DNA of 64,000 bases from Planctomycetota bacterium (GCA_965228735.1 OZ245838.1:4864001-4928000), one strand, 5' to 3'. Counted from the stretch's first letter, positions 36,397 to 46,611 are shown. The notes: a model not told the origin generated them from the sequence alone. Numbers and translations: made by a program.

Positions 36397-36974
36397 CCGT
36401 GCAACCTCCGTTCGACACACTCCCGCAGTCGCTTGCGAAGCCGCTGCAGCAGCGTCTTGACTCCCGTCTCCTTCATCCCGAGCTTGCGCGCGACCTCTGC
36501 GCGCGGCAGCTCGTCGTCGTAGAACAGCCGTAGCGCGGCCGCGGCGTTGCCCTGCAGCTCGTCGCGACACTGACGGAGCGCGTCGAGCGAGCCGTCGAGG
36601 TCGTTCGCCAGGCCAGCCTGTCGCCACGCATGATCCACCGCGTCGGCCCAGCGTTCGTCGGAGGCGATATCGCGAGGCTGCTGCGCCCGCCGGCGCCGGT
36701 GCTCGAGGAATTGGTAGCGCACCGCGGTTCGCAGCGCGGCGCGAACGAGCGGCACCGGTCGGTCCTGCAGCAACCCGCGGCGCCATAGGCTCACGCTGGC
36801 GCGTTGCGTCAGTTCGTCCGCGACCTGCGCGTCTCCCGCGAGCGCCTCGGCGTAGCGCATGGCTTCGTCCCGCATCGTCGCGTCGAGCACGACCACGGGC
36901 GGCGGGCCGGGCTCGGTGCCGCCGCTGGCGTGCGGGGCGCTGTCGTCGACTGGCGGAACGGGCGAATGCGGCAC
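36393..36974 (-). CDS. ECF sigma factor
   Basis: ADELTQ; ALRQCRDEL...LRLFY...GVKTLLQRLRKRLRECV region 4. Confidence 0.82.
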   Translation of the reverse strand: MPHSPVPPVDDSAPHASGGTEPGPPPVVVLDATMRDEAMRYAEALAGDAQVADELTQRASVSLWRRGLLQDRPVPLVRAALRTAVRYQFLEHRRRRAQQPRDIASDERWADAVDHAWRQAGLANDLDGSLDALRQCRDELQGNAAAALRLFYDDELPRAEVARKLGMKETGVKTLLQRLRKRLRECVERRLHG

Positions 36975-37047
36975 GGTCTGAAGTCGGCCGCGATGGCCGC
37001 AGGGTATTCAACCAGTTCTGCGAACCGGTTGGCCGCGCCGCCGCCGC

Positions 37048-37551
37048 TCAGCCGCCGAACTGCTCGTGCGCGCCCGTGCGGGGGTCGAAGCCGGCCGTCT
37101 TCGGTTCTCCCGAACCGAGCAGCCACTCGGCTTCGCGCGAAGCGCCGACGAGCAGCGCGTAGACGCCGACGGCGTCGAGGGCCATGCCGCGGCTCTGCAC
37201 GAGCAGCCAGTCGGTGCCGCCGCCGGTCTTCTTGCGGAACACGTCGGGCACCTCGCGGCGCAGCCGGATCACGATCTCGCCGCGCGCGTTCGGCGGTTCG
37301 ATCGACGACACGTCGTTCCACAGCACGCGGTGGCCGTGGAACACGATGCCGTCGCTGTCGAACGCGAGCTTGCTCGAGCGCCAGTCCGTCGTGAGGAACA
37401 TGAGCCAGTAGAAGGCGACGCAGAAGAGATACGCGTCGGCGTGCTGCGGATACTCCGACGCGATCGCCGCACCGCCGACGTGGAACACTGCGGCGCCGAC
37501 GAACATCCAGCGGGACCGCTTGGGCGGGATCTGAATCGTCTGGGAAAGCAT
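37048..37551 (-). CDS. Hypothetical 2-TM protein, possibly with PH-like C-terminus
   Basis: Two TM helices then DSDGI...VLWNDV; directly downstream of argS. Confidence 0.6.
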   Translation of the reverse strand: MLSQTIQIPPKRSRWMFVGAAVFHVGGAAIASEYPQHADAYLFCVAFYWLMFLTTDWRSSKLAFDSDGIVFHGHRVLWNDVSSIEPPNARGEIVIRLRREVPDVFRKKTGGGTDWLLVQSRGMALDAVGVYALLVGASREAEWLLGSGEPKTAGFDPRTGAHEQFGG

Positions 37552-37555
37552 GGCG

Positions 37556-39286
37556 CTACATCTGCTCCGGTGCCGGAATGCCGATCAGCGAAAGCGCTGT
37601 CGTCAGCAGTCGCCGCGCCGCATCGGTGAGCACGAGTCGCGCGTCGCGCACGGCCGGTTCTGCCCCCAGCACGTGATGCTCGCGCAGGTAACTGTGGATC
37701 TCGCCCGCGAGAGCGAGCGTGTAGTTGGTGATCACGCTCGGTTCGCTCTGCGCCGCGGCGCGCTCGACGACGTTGCCGAAGTCCATCATCGTGAGCAGCA
37801 CCCGTTCGGCATCGGCGAGGTGCGCGAAGTCGATCGCGTCGATGGCCGGGACCGGGGCCTCGGCCTTGCGCAGGATCGACGACAGCCGCGCGACGGCGAA
37901 CTGCACGTACGGCCCCGTGTCGCCCTCGAACGCGAGCATCGCGTCCCAGTCGAACTTGACGTCCTTGATGCGCGAGCTCTTGAGGTCGTTGAACACGATC
38001 GCCGAGACGCCGACCTGTTCGGCGACCTCGTCCTTGTCGGGCAGCTCGGGGTTCTTCTCGGCAATGATGTCACGGACCTTGCGGACGGACTCGTCAAGGA
38101 TCTCGTCGAGGAAGACCGCGTTGCCGGACCGCGACGCGAACTTCTCCCACTTGCCACCCTCGCCCTTGCTGAGCACGAGTCCGAAGGGCACGTGTTCGAC
38201 GGCGTCGGCGACCGGTTCTGCCATCTTCTTCAGCACGCCCTTGAGCTGATCGAAGTGCAGCTTCTGCTCCGCGCCGACGACGTAGAGGATGCGATCCGGC
38301 GCGTAGGTCGCCTGCCGGTAGAACACGGCCGCGAGGTCGCGCGTGTGATACAGCGTCGTGCCGTCGCTCTTGCGCAGGATGCACGGCTGCTTGATGCCCT
38401 GCTCCTTGAGCCACACGACCTCGGCGCCGTCGCTCTCCTCGAGGATGTCGGCCTTCACGACGCGCGCCATCGCGTCCGCCATCTTGTCTTCGAAGAACGA
38501 CTCGCCCGTGATGTGGTCGAACGTCACGCCGAGCCGGCCATACGGTCCCTGGAACGCCTTCAGCGACTCGTCGCGCAGCAGCTGCCACATCCGACGTTCT
38601 TCGTTGTCCTCGCCGCTCTCGAGCGCGCGGAAGTGCGCCGCGGCCTCCGCGTCGAGCTCGGAGTTCGCCTTCGCCGCCTCCCCGTACTGCTTGTAGAGCT
38701 CGAACATGTACCGCATCGGCGACTCGTGCAGCTTGGCCTCGTCGCCGAAGCGCATGTAGGCCGTCATCATCTTGGCGAACGGCATGCCCCAGTCGCCGAG
38801 GTGGTTGATGCCGTGCACGGTCGCGCCGCGGTGCTTGTGGATGAGCCGCAGCGCGTTGCCGATCACCGTGCTGCGCATGTGGCCGATGTGGAACGGCTTC
38901 GCGATGTTGGGTGAGCTGAAGTCGATGCAGACGACCTGGTCGTTCGGCTCGGCCGGGCCGTAGGGCGCGGCGTCGGTCTGCACGGCCGTCAGCACCTGTC
39001 GCGCGAGGGCGCTGCGCTGGAAGCGGAAGTTGACGAACGGGCCGGCCGCGCTCGCGGATTCGATGACGTCGTCAGCCGTGACCGCCGCGGCGATCTCGCC
39101 GGCGAGCGCGGGTGGCGCCTTCTTCAGGTGCTTGCTCAGCTGAAACGCGCCGAGCGCGATGTCGCCGTGGTCGCGGTTCTTCGGCGGATCGAGCCGCAGC
39201 ATCGGTGCCGCGGTGTCGCGGTCGATGCCGAGGGTCTCGAGGGTGCTGAGCAGGCGGTCCCGCAGATGGCTGAGCAAATCGGTCAC
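37556..39286 (-). CDS. argS: Arginine--tRNA ligase
   Basis: GPFVNF, DFSSPNIAKPFHIGHMRST, HLGDWG, YHTRDLA, FEGDTGPYVQ; GTG start. Confidence 0.97.
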   Translation of the reverse strand: MTDLLSHLRDRLLSTLETLGIDRDTAAPMLRLDPPKNRDHGDIALGAFQLSKHLKKAPPALAGEIAAAVTADDVIESASAAGPFVNFRFQRSALARQVLTAVQTDAAPYGPAEPNDQVVCIDFSSPNIAKPFHIGHMRSTVIGNALRLIHKHRGATVHGINHLGDWGMPFAKMMTAYMRFGDEAKLHESPMRYMFELYKQYGEAAKANSELDAEAAAHFRALESGEDNEERRMWQLLRDESLKAFQGPYGRLGVTFDHITGESFFEDKMADAMARVVKADILEESDGAEVVWLKEQGIKQPCILRKSDGTTLYHTRDLAAVFYRQATYAPDRILYVVGAEQKLHFDQLKGVLKKMAEPVADAVEHVPFGLVLSKGEGGKWEKFASRSGNAVFLDEILDESVRKVRDIIAEKNPELPDKDEVAEQVGVSAIVFNDLKSSRIKDVKFDWDAMLAFEGDTGPYVQFAVARLSSILRKAEAPVPAIDAIDFAHLADAERVLLTMMDFGNVVERAAAQSEPSVITNYTLALAGEIHSYLREHHVLGAEPAVRDARLVLTDAARRLLTTALSLIGIPAPEQM

Positions 39287-39370
39287 GCGCGAGAGTCTGC
39301 CGCCCGCCGGTCTGGCCCGCCAGGGCAGCGCCCGCGATTTGCGCGTTGGTGATGGTACGATGCGCGCGTC

Positions 39371-41254
39371 ATGCGCTCGGTCGTTCTGCTCGTGGGAATC
39401 CTCGCTGCCGGTTGTGGCGGTGGTGAGGCCGATCCCGGCAGGAACTCGGCTCCGGGCCGAACGGCAGTGGATCGGACCGCCCCCGAGCAGCCGACGTGGA
39501 CCACCGATGTCGCCGCGATCGTCCACCGGTCGTGTGCGCCGTGCCACCGCCCGGGACAGTCGGCGCCGTTCTCGTTGCTGTCCTACGGCGACGCGAGGAA
39601 GCGCAGCGACCAGATCGTCGAGGTGACCGAGGACGGCTACATGCCGCCGTGGTTGCCGACGCACGGCGACTTCGTGGGCGACCGTCGCCTGACCGCGGCC
39701 GAGATCACGACGCTGCGGCGGTGGGCCGACAACGACGCGCCGCGCGGTGATTCCGGCGCGGAACCGCCGACCCCCGAGTTCTCGGACGGCTGGCAGCTGC
39801 GCGAACCCGACCTCGTGCTGAACGTCGACGAGACGATCGAAGTCGCGGCGGCCGGGCCCGACCGCTTCCGCAACTTCGTGATCCGCATCCCGGGCGACCG
39901 CACGCGCTTCGTCGAGGCGATCGAGATCCAGCCGCGCTCCGCGGCGGTGCACCACGCCGTCGTCGCGATCGACGCGACGAGCGCGTCGCGGCAGCAGGAC
40001 GCCGCCAGTTCCGAGCCGGGCTTCGACGGCATGGTCGCGGGCAACGCCGAACCGCCGGACGGCTACTTCCTCGGCTGGACGCCGGGCAAGCGCGTGCGGC
40101 CGCTCAGTGGCGGCATGGCGTGGCGCCTGGTGCCGGGCCGAGACCTCGTTCTGCAGTTGCATCTCACACCGACTGGCCGGGTCGAGACGGTGCGACCGCG
40201 CCTCGGCTTCTTCTTCACGAAGACCGCGCCGACCGTGGTCTCGTATCCGCTCACGTTGTTCAACGATCGGATCGACCTGCCGGCCGGCGCTGCGGGTGTG
40301 ACGCTGACCGACGAGTTCACGACACCCGTGCCGGTGCGCGTGCACTCGATCTACCCGCACGCCCATTATCTGTGCCGGCGCATGCGCGGGACGATCACGT
40401 TGCCGGGTGGCGTGACGCGCGATCTGTTCCGCATCGATCGCTGGGACTTCGACTGGCAGGACGACTATCGCTTCGTCGAACCGGTCGCCGTGCCGGCCGG
40501 CGCCACGATCGCGTTCGAGTACGAGTTCGACAACAGCGCGGACAACCCCCAGAACCCGTCCAGGCCGCCGCGGCGCGTCACGTTCGGCCAGGAGTCGACG
40601 GACGAGATGGCCACGCTCACGCTGCAGGTTTCGACCGCGGATCCGGAGGGGCGACGGCGGCTCGCGCTCGCGAACGTGCGGCGCGATCTGGCCAAGGTGG
40701 CGTTCGACGTCGGTCTCGTCGTGCGGGAGACGGGGATCCTGCGCGAGCTCGGGCGGCACGACGAGGCGCTCGTCGTGATCGAGAAAGCCGTAACGCAGGC
40801 GCCGGCGGATCCGCGCGTGTTGCGCGAGCTCGGGTTGACGTTCACCAACCTCGGGCGGCCCGAAGACGCCGAGCGCGCGTTCCGCGCCTGCCTCGCGCAG
40901 GACGACGGCGAGGACGTCGCGCGCATCGAGCTCGCGAGCCTGCTGGCGCGGCGCGGCGAGACCGGGGCGGCGATCGGGTTGTTCGAGCGCGCGCTGCGCA
41001 CGAGTCCGGGGCAGCCGACGCTGCACAACAACCTCGCGACGGCCTACTACAGCGAAGGCCGGCTCGGCGACGCCGAACGGCACTACCGCCAGGCGATCGA
41101 CCTCGACGAGAACTACTTCACCCCGTGGTTCCTGCTCGGCCGGGTGCTGCTCGATCAGGGCAACATGACCGGGGCTCGCGCCGCGCTGCAGCGCGCGCGC
41201 GAGCTGAAGCCCGGCCATCCCGCGGTCGAGCAGGCGCTGCAGCGCCTGCAGTGA
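39371..41254 (+). CDS. Lipoprotein: cytochrome c domain + copper type II (PHM/DBH-like) monooxygenase + TPR
   Basis: Lipobox LAAGC; CAPCH (39533-39547), MPPW; VHH, QLH, PHAH, WDFDWQ, DEM; C-terminal TPRs. Confidence 0.85.
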   Translation: MRSVVLLVGILAAGCGGGEADPGRNSAPGRTAVDRTAPEQPTWTTDVAAIVHRSCAPCHRPGQSAPFSLLSYGDARKRSDQIVEVTEDGYMPPWLPTHGDFVGDRRLTAAEITTLRRWADNDAPRGDSGAEPPTPEFSDGWQLREPDLVLNVDETIEVAAAGPDRFRNFVIRIPGDRTRFVEAIEIQPRSAAVHHAVVAIDATSASRQQDAASSEPGFDGMVAGNAEPPDGYFLGWTPGKRVRPLSGGMAWRLVPGRDLVLQLHLTPTGRVETVRPRLGFFFTKTAPTVVSYPLTLFNDRIDLPAGAAGVTLTDEFTTPVPVRVHSIYPHAHYLCRRMRGTITLPGGVTRDLFRIDRWDFDWQDDYRFVEPVAVPAGATIAFEYEFDNSADNPQNPSRPPRRVTFGQESTDEMATLTLQVSTADPEGRRRLALANVRRDLAKVAFDVGLVVRETGILRELGRHDEALVVIEKAVTQAPADPRVLRELGLTFTNLGRPEDAERAFRACLAQDDGEDVARIELASLLARRGETGAAIGLFERALRTSPGQPTLHNNLATAYYSEGRLGDAERHYRQAIDLDENYFTPWFLLGRVLLDQGNMTGARAALQRARELKPGHPAVEQALQRLQ

Positions 41255-41270
41255 TCAGAACGACGCCGCG

Positions 41271-42368
41271 TCATTCCGGCAGCCAACCGAGCCGTTCGAG
41301 CTCGGCGAAGACGGCCTCGGCCCACCAGTCGTGGACCATCGCCGTCGGGTGCGGGTCCGTATTGCTGAGTGTCATCGCGGAGCCGAGGTACTCACGCACG
41401 TCGTTCTCGTGGAGGTAGCGCGAGATGCGGTCGTGGATCGACACCCGCGGCAGGCCGGCTGCGTCGACGGCTGCGGCAACCGGCTCGGGGAGTTCGCCGA
41501 CGCTGGTCACGAGCACGCGGATGCCGCGCTCCTCCGCCAGAGCCGCGACGCGCTGCACCGCGTCGCGGTAGGCGGCGATGCCGACGAGATGGCGGTACTC
41601 GGCCGGCACGCGTTCGGGATCCGCCTCGAAGTGCCCTGCGCCGTCGCCAGGGGCCCAGACGAAGGGCGTCCGCGGGTCGATCCATGACGATCGGTAAACG
41701 CGCCGCGCGAGGTCGTAGAGGAAGCAGTGGTCGAGGCGCCAGTAGTCGGTGGGCGCGAGCAGGAAGTTCGGCAACTCGAGGTCGTTGTCCACGAAGTCGA
41801 CGAGCACGACGTCCGGCTCGAACGCGAGCCCGCGTGACGCGAGGACCTGGGCCTGCATCGCCGTGTTGTAGCCGGGGACGCCCGTGTTGATCGTGTCGAT
41901 CGGCCGTCCCGGCAGTCGCTCCGCGAGTCGTTGCTCGAGGCGTGCGAGTCCGCTGTCTTCGCGTGCGACGCCCCAGCCGAACAGGACGGAATCGCCGAGG
42001 CCGAGCACGCGAAAACCCCGCGCGGGCTTTCTGAGCGGTCGTTCGGGGCCGCGGTAGCCGTGCGAGTTCGTCTTCACGTTCACGCCCTGGAACGTGCAGT
42101 CGAGGTCGCGGTGCAGCTCGTACACGATGTCACGATGTGAGGCACGTTGCAGCAGTTCGACTAGCATGGCCTCGCGCGCGCCGGTCGGTGCCTGCGGCGG
42201 CTTGGCGTTGAGGCGCGCCAGCGCGACTCGGGCGGCGATCTCGGCGACGAGCATCGCGACGAGTGATGCGACAACGAACAGCAGCAGGCGCTTTCCGAGC
42301 CGTCTGCCGGGATCGCGCCGCGGTCGATCCGCAGCGCGTCTCGCGGTTGATTCCGGTGCCGTCGACAT
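41271..42368 (-). CDS. Membrane-anchored SGNH/GDSL hydrolase
   Basis: TM helix, TNSHGYR, LGDSVLFG, NTGVPGY, DND, DPHP. Confidence 0.87.
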   Translation of the reverse strand: MSTAPESTARRAADRPRRDPGRRLGKRLLLFVVASLVAMLVAEIAARVALARLNAKPPQAPTGAREAMLVELLQRASHRDIVYELHRDLDCTFQGVNVKTNSHGYRGPERPLRKPARGFRVLGLGDSVLFGWGVAREDSGLARLEQRLAERLPGRPIDTINTGVPGYNTAMQAQVLASRGLAFEPDVVLVDFVDNDLELPNFLLAPTDYWRLDHCFLYDLARRVYRSSWIDPRTPFVWAPGDGAGHFEADPERVPAEYRHLVGIAAYRDAVQRVAALAEERGIRVLVTSVGELPEPVAAAVDAAGLPRVSIHDRISRYLHENDVREYLGSAMTLSNTDPHPTAMVHDWWAEAVFAELERLGWLPE

Positions 42369-42389
42369 TCGCGTCGCGGGGGTTCGCGG

Positions 42390-42821
42390 CTACGGCTTGC
42401 CGGGTCGCGCGCGCAGCAGTTCGGTGCCGTCGGCGTCGCAGAGCAGCAGTTCGTCCCCGTCGCGATTCACCCGGGCGGTCGCTTCCATCGCGGCGAGCAT
42501 GCGGCGTTCCTGGTCCATGAGCTGCGGTGGTCCGGCGCGACGGGTCGTCACGAGGCGCGAGAAGCGCAGGACGCCGTTCGTGATCTCGTAGCTGCCGCGC
42601 AGCCGGTTGAGGGTCGCGTTGCCGCCGACGACACCGTCACTCGTGAACTCGAGCGTCGCCTCGCTCGCATCCGGCACGGGTGCGCCGTCGATCGCGGTGA
42701 TCGTCCACTGCCCGATCATCAGATCGCGCGGGTCCGTGAGCGCGGGCCCCGAGCTGCACGCGGAGAGAGCGACGGCGGCGAGGAGGCTGAGGGTCGTGAG
42801 CGAGTTCGGGGTCGGTGCCAT
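42390..42821 (-). CDS. META domain (HslJ-like) lipoprotein
   Basis: LSAC lipobox; W..TAIDG, TLEF, GNATLN, TTRRAG, MDQE. Confidence 0.85.
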   Translation of the reverse strand: MAPTPNSLTTLSLLAAVALSACSSGPALTDPRDLMIGQWTITAIDGAPVPDASEATLEFTSDGVVGGNATLNRLRGSYEITNGVLRFSRLVTTRRAGPPQLMDQERRMLAAMEATARVNRDGDELLLCDADGTELLRARPGKP

Positions 42822-42872
42822 GGCGGGTCATTGTGACGCCAGTCGCCGATGCCGTCACGGCCGATGGCCGCC

Positions 42873-44768
42873 CTACTGCCAGTTCTCCCAGCTGTCGTAA
42901 GCCTCCTGGAGCTCCCGCTTCTTGCGCTTCTCCTCGCCCTGCAGCTCCTTCATGCGGGTCGCGCTTGCGTAGTTGTCGGGTTCGAGCATCGCGGCCTGCA
43001 GCTCTTCGATCTCGGTCTCGAGGTCCATGATCTTCTGCTCGAGGCGTTCGAAGAGCAGCGGGTTGCGGATCTTGCCGGACTCGATCGCCTTCTTCGGCGG
43101 CGCCTTCTCGGCCTCGCGGGCAGCGGCCTTGCGTTCCTTCGCCGCGCTCTCCGCGGCGCGCGCGGCGGCGCGTTCTTCCGCGAGCACGCGCTGGCACTGC
43201 TCGAGGCCCTGGTCGAACGAACGGATCCTGCCGGCCTCGACCCACGCGACGCGGTCGGCGACCTGCTCGACGAGCAGGCGGTCGTGGGTGATGAGCACGA
43301 CGGTGCCGGGAAACTCCTTGAGCGCCTGCTCGAGCCCCTCGGTGCCCGCGACGTCGAGGTGGTTGGTCGGCTCGTCGAGGCAGAGCAGGTCGAACTCCGC
43401 GCGCGTCATCCGCGCGAGCGCCAGCCGCTGCTTCTCGCCGCCCGACAGCTCGGTCACGGGCTTCTCGACGTCGTCGCCGCAGAACAGGAACAGCGCGAGA
43501 TGGTCGCGCAGCGTGCCCTCGGGGACCGTGACGTCGAGCGCGCGCAGCGCCTCGATGACCGTACCGCTGTCGGGCAGGTCGGTCTTCTCCTGCGAGAAGT
43601 AGCCGATGCGCAGGTTGTGCGCGAACTTGATGGTGCCGCCGGCCGGGTCGGCGAGGCCCGCGAGCAGCTTGAGCAGCGTCGTCTTGCCGGCACCGTTGCG
43701 GCCGAGGAGTGCCGTGACCTCGCCGAAGTACACGTTGAGGTCGCCGTTCTCGATCAGCGTCTTGTCGCCGATCCGCACCCTCAGGTTCTCGCACTCGATC
43801 GCGGCCTGGCCCTCCTGGCCGCGCGACGTCGTGCCGAACGACAGTCGCATCTGCGCGCGCTTGCCGCGCGGCTTGTCGATCAGCTGCAGCCGCTGGAGGC
43901 GCTTCAGCTTGCTCTTGGCCTGGGTGCTGCGCTGCCCGGCCATGTGCTTCCTGATGTACTCCATCTCCTTCTCGACGTACTCGCGCTGGCTCTTGAACTG
44001 CCGCGCCTGCGCGAGCAGCGCCTGGTCCTTCTGCTGCCGGTACGCCGAGAAGTTGCCCTTGTAGCGCGTCGCCACGCAGTCGCCGATCTCGACGATCGAC
44101 GACGCGATCGCGTCGAGGAAGCGGCGGTCGTGGCTGACGACGACGACCGCGCCCGGGTAGCGCTTGATGAAGCCCTCGACGAACTCGATGCCCTGCAGAT
44201 CGAGGTGATTGGTCGGCTCGTCGAGGATCAGCAGGTCGGCCGGCGTCGTCATGAGAACGGCGAGCTGCACGCGCGACTTCTCGCCGCCGCTGAGCACCGA
44301 CACGTCCTTGCCGTGCTCCGCCGGCGTGAAGCCGAGACCGCCGAGAACGCGCTCGACCTGGTGCTTGTGGTCGTAGCCGCCGCCGGCTTCGAACGCGATC
44401 TGCAGCTCGCCGTAGCGTCGGAGTGCGGCGTCGTCGCCGCCGGCCATCGCGGCCTCGAGCTCTCGCATCTCGGCGGCGAGCGCGTCGTACTGCCCGTCGC
44501 CGCGCAGCACGAAGTCGAGGATCGTCGTGCCCTGCGGCATGGCCGGCATCTGCGCGCCGTAGGCGATGCGCAGGTTCTTGCGCGGGTTGCGCTGCCCGCG
44601 TTCCGGCTCGTCCGTGCCCGCCAGGATGCGGATCATCGTCGTCTTGCCCGCGCCGTTGTCGCCGACGACGCCGATGCGGTCGCCCTCGTCGACGCGCAGC
44701 GACAGCCCGTCCAGGATCGGGTCCGGGCCGAAGCTCTTCACGATCTTGTCGAGTGTGACGACGGTCAT
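42873..44768 (-). CDS. ABC-F family ATP-binding protein
   Basis: Two GxNGAGKT, two LSGGE, two DEPTNHLD, SHDR/THDR; no TM segments. Confidence 0.95.
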   Translation of the reverse strand: MTVVTLDKIVKSFGPDPILDGLSLRVDEGDRIGVVGDNGAGKTTMIRILAGTDEPERGQRNPRKNLRIAYGAQMPAMPQGTTILDFVLRGDGQYDALAAEMRELEAAMAGGDDAALRRYGELQIAFEAGGGYDHKHQVERVLGGLGFTPAEHGKDVSVLSGGEKSRVQLAVLMTTPADLLILDEPTNHLDLQGIEFVEGFIKRYPGAVVVVSHDRRFLDAIASSIVEIGDCVATRYKGNFSAYRQQKDQALLAQARQFKSQREYVEKEMEYIRKHMAGQRSTQAKSKLKRLQRLQLIDKPRGKRAQMRLSFGTTSRGQEGQAAIECENLRVRIGDKTLIENGDLNVYFGEVTALLGRNGAGKTTLLKLLAGLADPAGGTIKFAHNLRIGYFSQEKTDLPDSGTVIEALRALDVTVPEGTLRDHLALFLFCGDDVEKPVTELSGGEKQRLALARMTRAEFDLLCLDEPTNHLDVAGTEGLEQALKEFPGTVVLITHDRLLVEQVADRVAWVEAGRIRSFDQGLEQCQRVLAEERAAARAAESAAKERKAAAREAEKAPPKKAIESGKIRNPLLFERLEQKIMDLETEIEELQAAMLEPDNYASATRMKELQGEEKRKKRELQEAYDSWENWQ

Positions 44769-44823
44769 CGGGGCGGCGCAGGATAGCAGTTGCAGTCCGG
44801 TTGTCAGAAAGTCAGATACGCGC

Positions 44824-46599
44824 ATGTTCGCGCGCTCGCCACTCGTCCTCGCGCTGCTCGCCGCATCGTTCTCGTGTGCCGCCGTCCGGGCCCAGGCCCG
44901 CTGGCTCGACCTCGAGGGTGATACGGCGCGGCAGACCACCGTGCATCGCGTGCCGCGGCAATACCTCGGACACCCGACGACCGCCGTGCTCGCCGATGGC
45001 AAGACGATGCTGTGCGTGTATCCCCGGGGCCACGGCCGCGGCGCGATCATCCTGCAGCGCAGCCCGGACGGCGGCCGCACGTGGTCCGAGCCGTTGCCCG
45101 TGCCGCCGAGCTTCGCCACGAGCAAGGAGACCCCGACGATCCATCGCGTGTTCGACCGTGCGGGTGTCGAACGGCTCGTGCTGTTCTCCGGGCTGTATCC
45201 GATCCGCAGTTCGATCTCCGAGGACGACGGCGCGACGTGGACGCCGCTGCGGCCGATCGGCGACTTCGGCGGCATCGTCGCGATGAGCTCCGTCGTCGAA
45301 CTGCAGAACGGCGACTACGCGGCCTTCTTCCACGACGATGGCCGGTTCTTCCGCGGTGCCGGCAGGCGCTCGGGCTTCACGGTGTATCAGACGCGGTCGA
45401 GCGATGGCGGGCTGTCGTGGGGTGAGCCGACCGTGGTCGTCGCGCACCCGCGGATGCACCTGTGCGAGCCCGGCGTGATCCGTTCGCCCGACGGTCAGAG
45501 GCTTGCGATGCTCCTGCGCGAGAACTCGCGGCAGCACCCGTCGCAGATCATCTTCTCCGATGACGAGGCCGGGACGTGGTCCGAGCCGCGCGCGCTGCCG
45601 ATGACCCTCGGCGGCGATCGCCACGTCGGCGCCTACGCGCCGGACGGGCGGCTGCTGATCTCGTTCCGTGACATGGCCAAGGACAGTCCGACGCGCGGCG
45701 ACTGGGTCGCGTGGGTCGGCACGTTCGACGACCTCGTGAGCGGAGCCGAAGGGCAGTACCGCGTGCGCCTGTCCCGCAACTGGCGCGGCACCGACTGCGC
45801 GTATCCGGGCGTCGAGGTGCTCGCGGACGGCACGTTCGTGCTGACGACCTACGGCCACTGGGAGCCGGGCGAGTCGCCGTTCATCCGGACGATTCACCTG
45901 CGGCTCGCCGAGCTCGACGCGCTCGCGGATGGCCCCACGCCCGACTTCACGCGCATCGCCGGGACCGTGCGCCCGACGCCGCGGCTCGAGGGTTGGTGGG
46001 AGCGGCGGTTCGCCAGCGATCTGCAGCAGGCGAAGAACGGCGAGCACGAACTGGTGTTCGTCGGCGACTCGATCACGCAGGGCTGGGGTGGTCCGGGCAA
46101 GGCCGTCTGGCAGGAGCTGTTCGCGCCCCGCAACGCGATCAACCTCGGCGCCTCGGGCGACCGCACGCAGAACGTGCTCTGGCGGCTCGACAACGGGTTG
46201 ACCGACGCGCTCGCAGACGCGGCCAGGGCCGCCGTCGTGATGATCGGCACCAACAACGCGACGCACGGTGAGGCGACGTCCGCGGAGATCGCGGCCGGCG
46301 TCGAGGCCGTGGTGCAGCGGCTGCTCGATGGCCTGCCGAACGCCCGGGTCCTGCTGCTCGGCATCTTCCCGCGCGGCGACGAGACCCCGGCGAAGCGCTG
46401 CCGCGCCGTGAATGCGATGCTCGCGGAACGCTTCCGAGGCCACGACCGCGTCGTCTACCGCGACATCGGCGATCACTTCGTGAAGCCCGGCGAACCGATC
46501 GACCGGGCGGTCATGCCCGACCTGCTGCACCTCAGCAAGGCCGCCTACCGCACGTGGGCGGAGGCGATCCTCGCGGACGTCGATGCGTTGTTGCGGTAG
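44824..46599 (+). CDS. Secreted BNR/Asp-box sialidase-like propeller fused to an SGNH esterase
   Basis: Asp-boxes SPDGGRTW, SEDDGATW, SSDGGLSW, SDDEAGTW; then GDSIT, GDRT, IGTNN, DLLH. Confidence 0.87.
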   Translation: MFARSPLVLALLAASFSCAAVRAQARWLDLEGDTARQTTVHRVPRQYLGHPTTAVLADGKTMLCVYPRGHGRGAIILQRSPDGGRTWSEPLPVPPSFATSKETPTIHRVFDRAGVERLVLFSGLYPIRSSISEDDGATWTPLRPIGDFGGIVAMSSVVELQNGDYAAFFHDDGRFFRGAGRRSGFTVYQTRSSDGGLSWGEPTVVVAHPRMHLCEPGVIRSPDGQRLAMLLRENSRQHPSQIIFSDDEAGTWSEPRALPMTLGGDRHVGAYAPDGRLLISFRDMAKDSPTRGDWVAWVGTFDDLVSGAEGQYRVRLSRNWRGTDCAYPGVEVLADGTFVLTTYGHWEPGESPFIRTIHLRLAELDALADGPTPDFTRIAGTVRPTPRLEGWWERRFASDLQQAKNGEHELVFVGDSITQGWGGPGKAVWQELFAPRNAINLGASGDRTQNVLWRLDNGLTDALADAARAAVVMIGTNNATHGEATSAEIAAGVEAVVQRLLDGLPNARVLLLGIFPRGDETPAKRCRAVNAMLAERFRGHDRVVYRDIGDHFVKPGEPIDRAVMPDLLHLSKAAYRTWAEAILADVDALLR

Positions 46600-46611
46600 G
46601 GCGGCGAGGCC

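Noticed and set aside
37556..41218. Apparent 1220-aa ArgS fusion
   Set aside because: The N-terminal 644 aa are the antisense of the monooxygenase gene; argS starts at GTG 39286. The same artefact inflates 3755-6121, 16436-19567 and 16562-19573.
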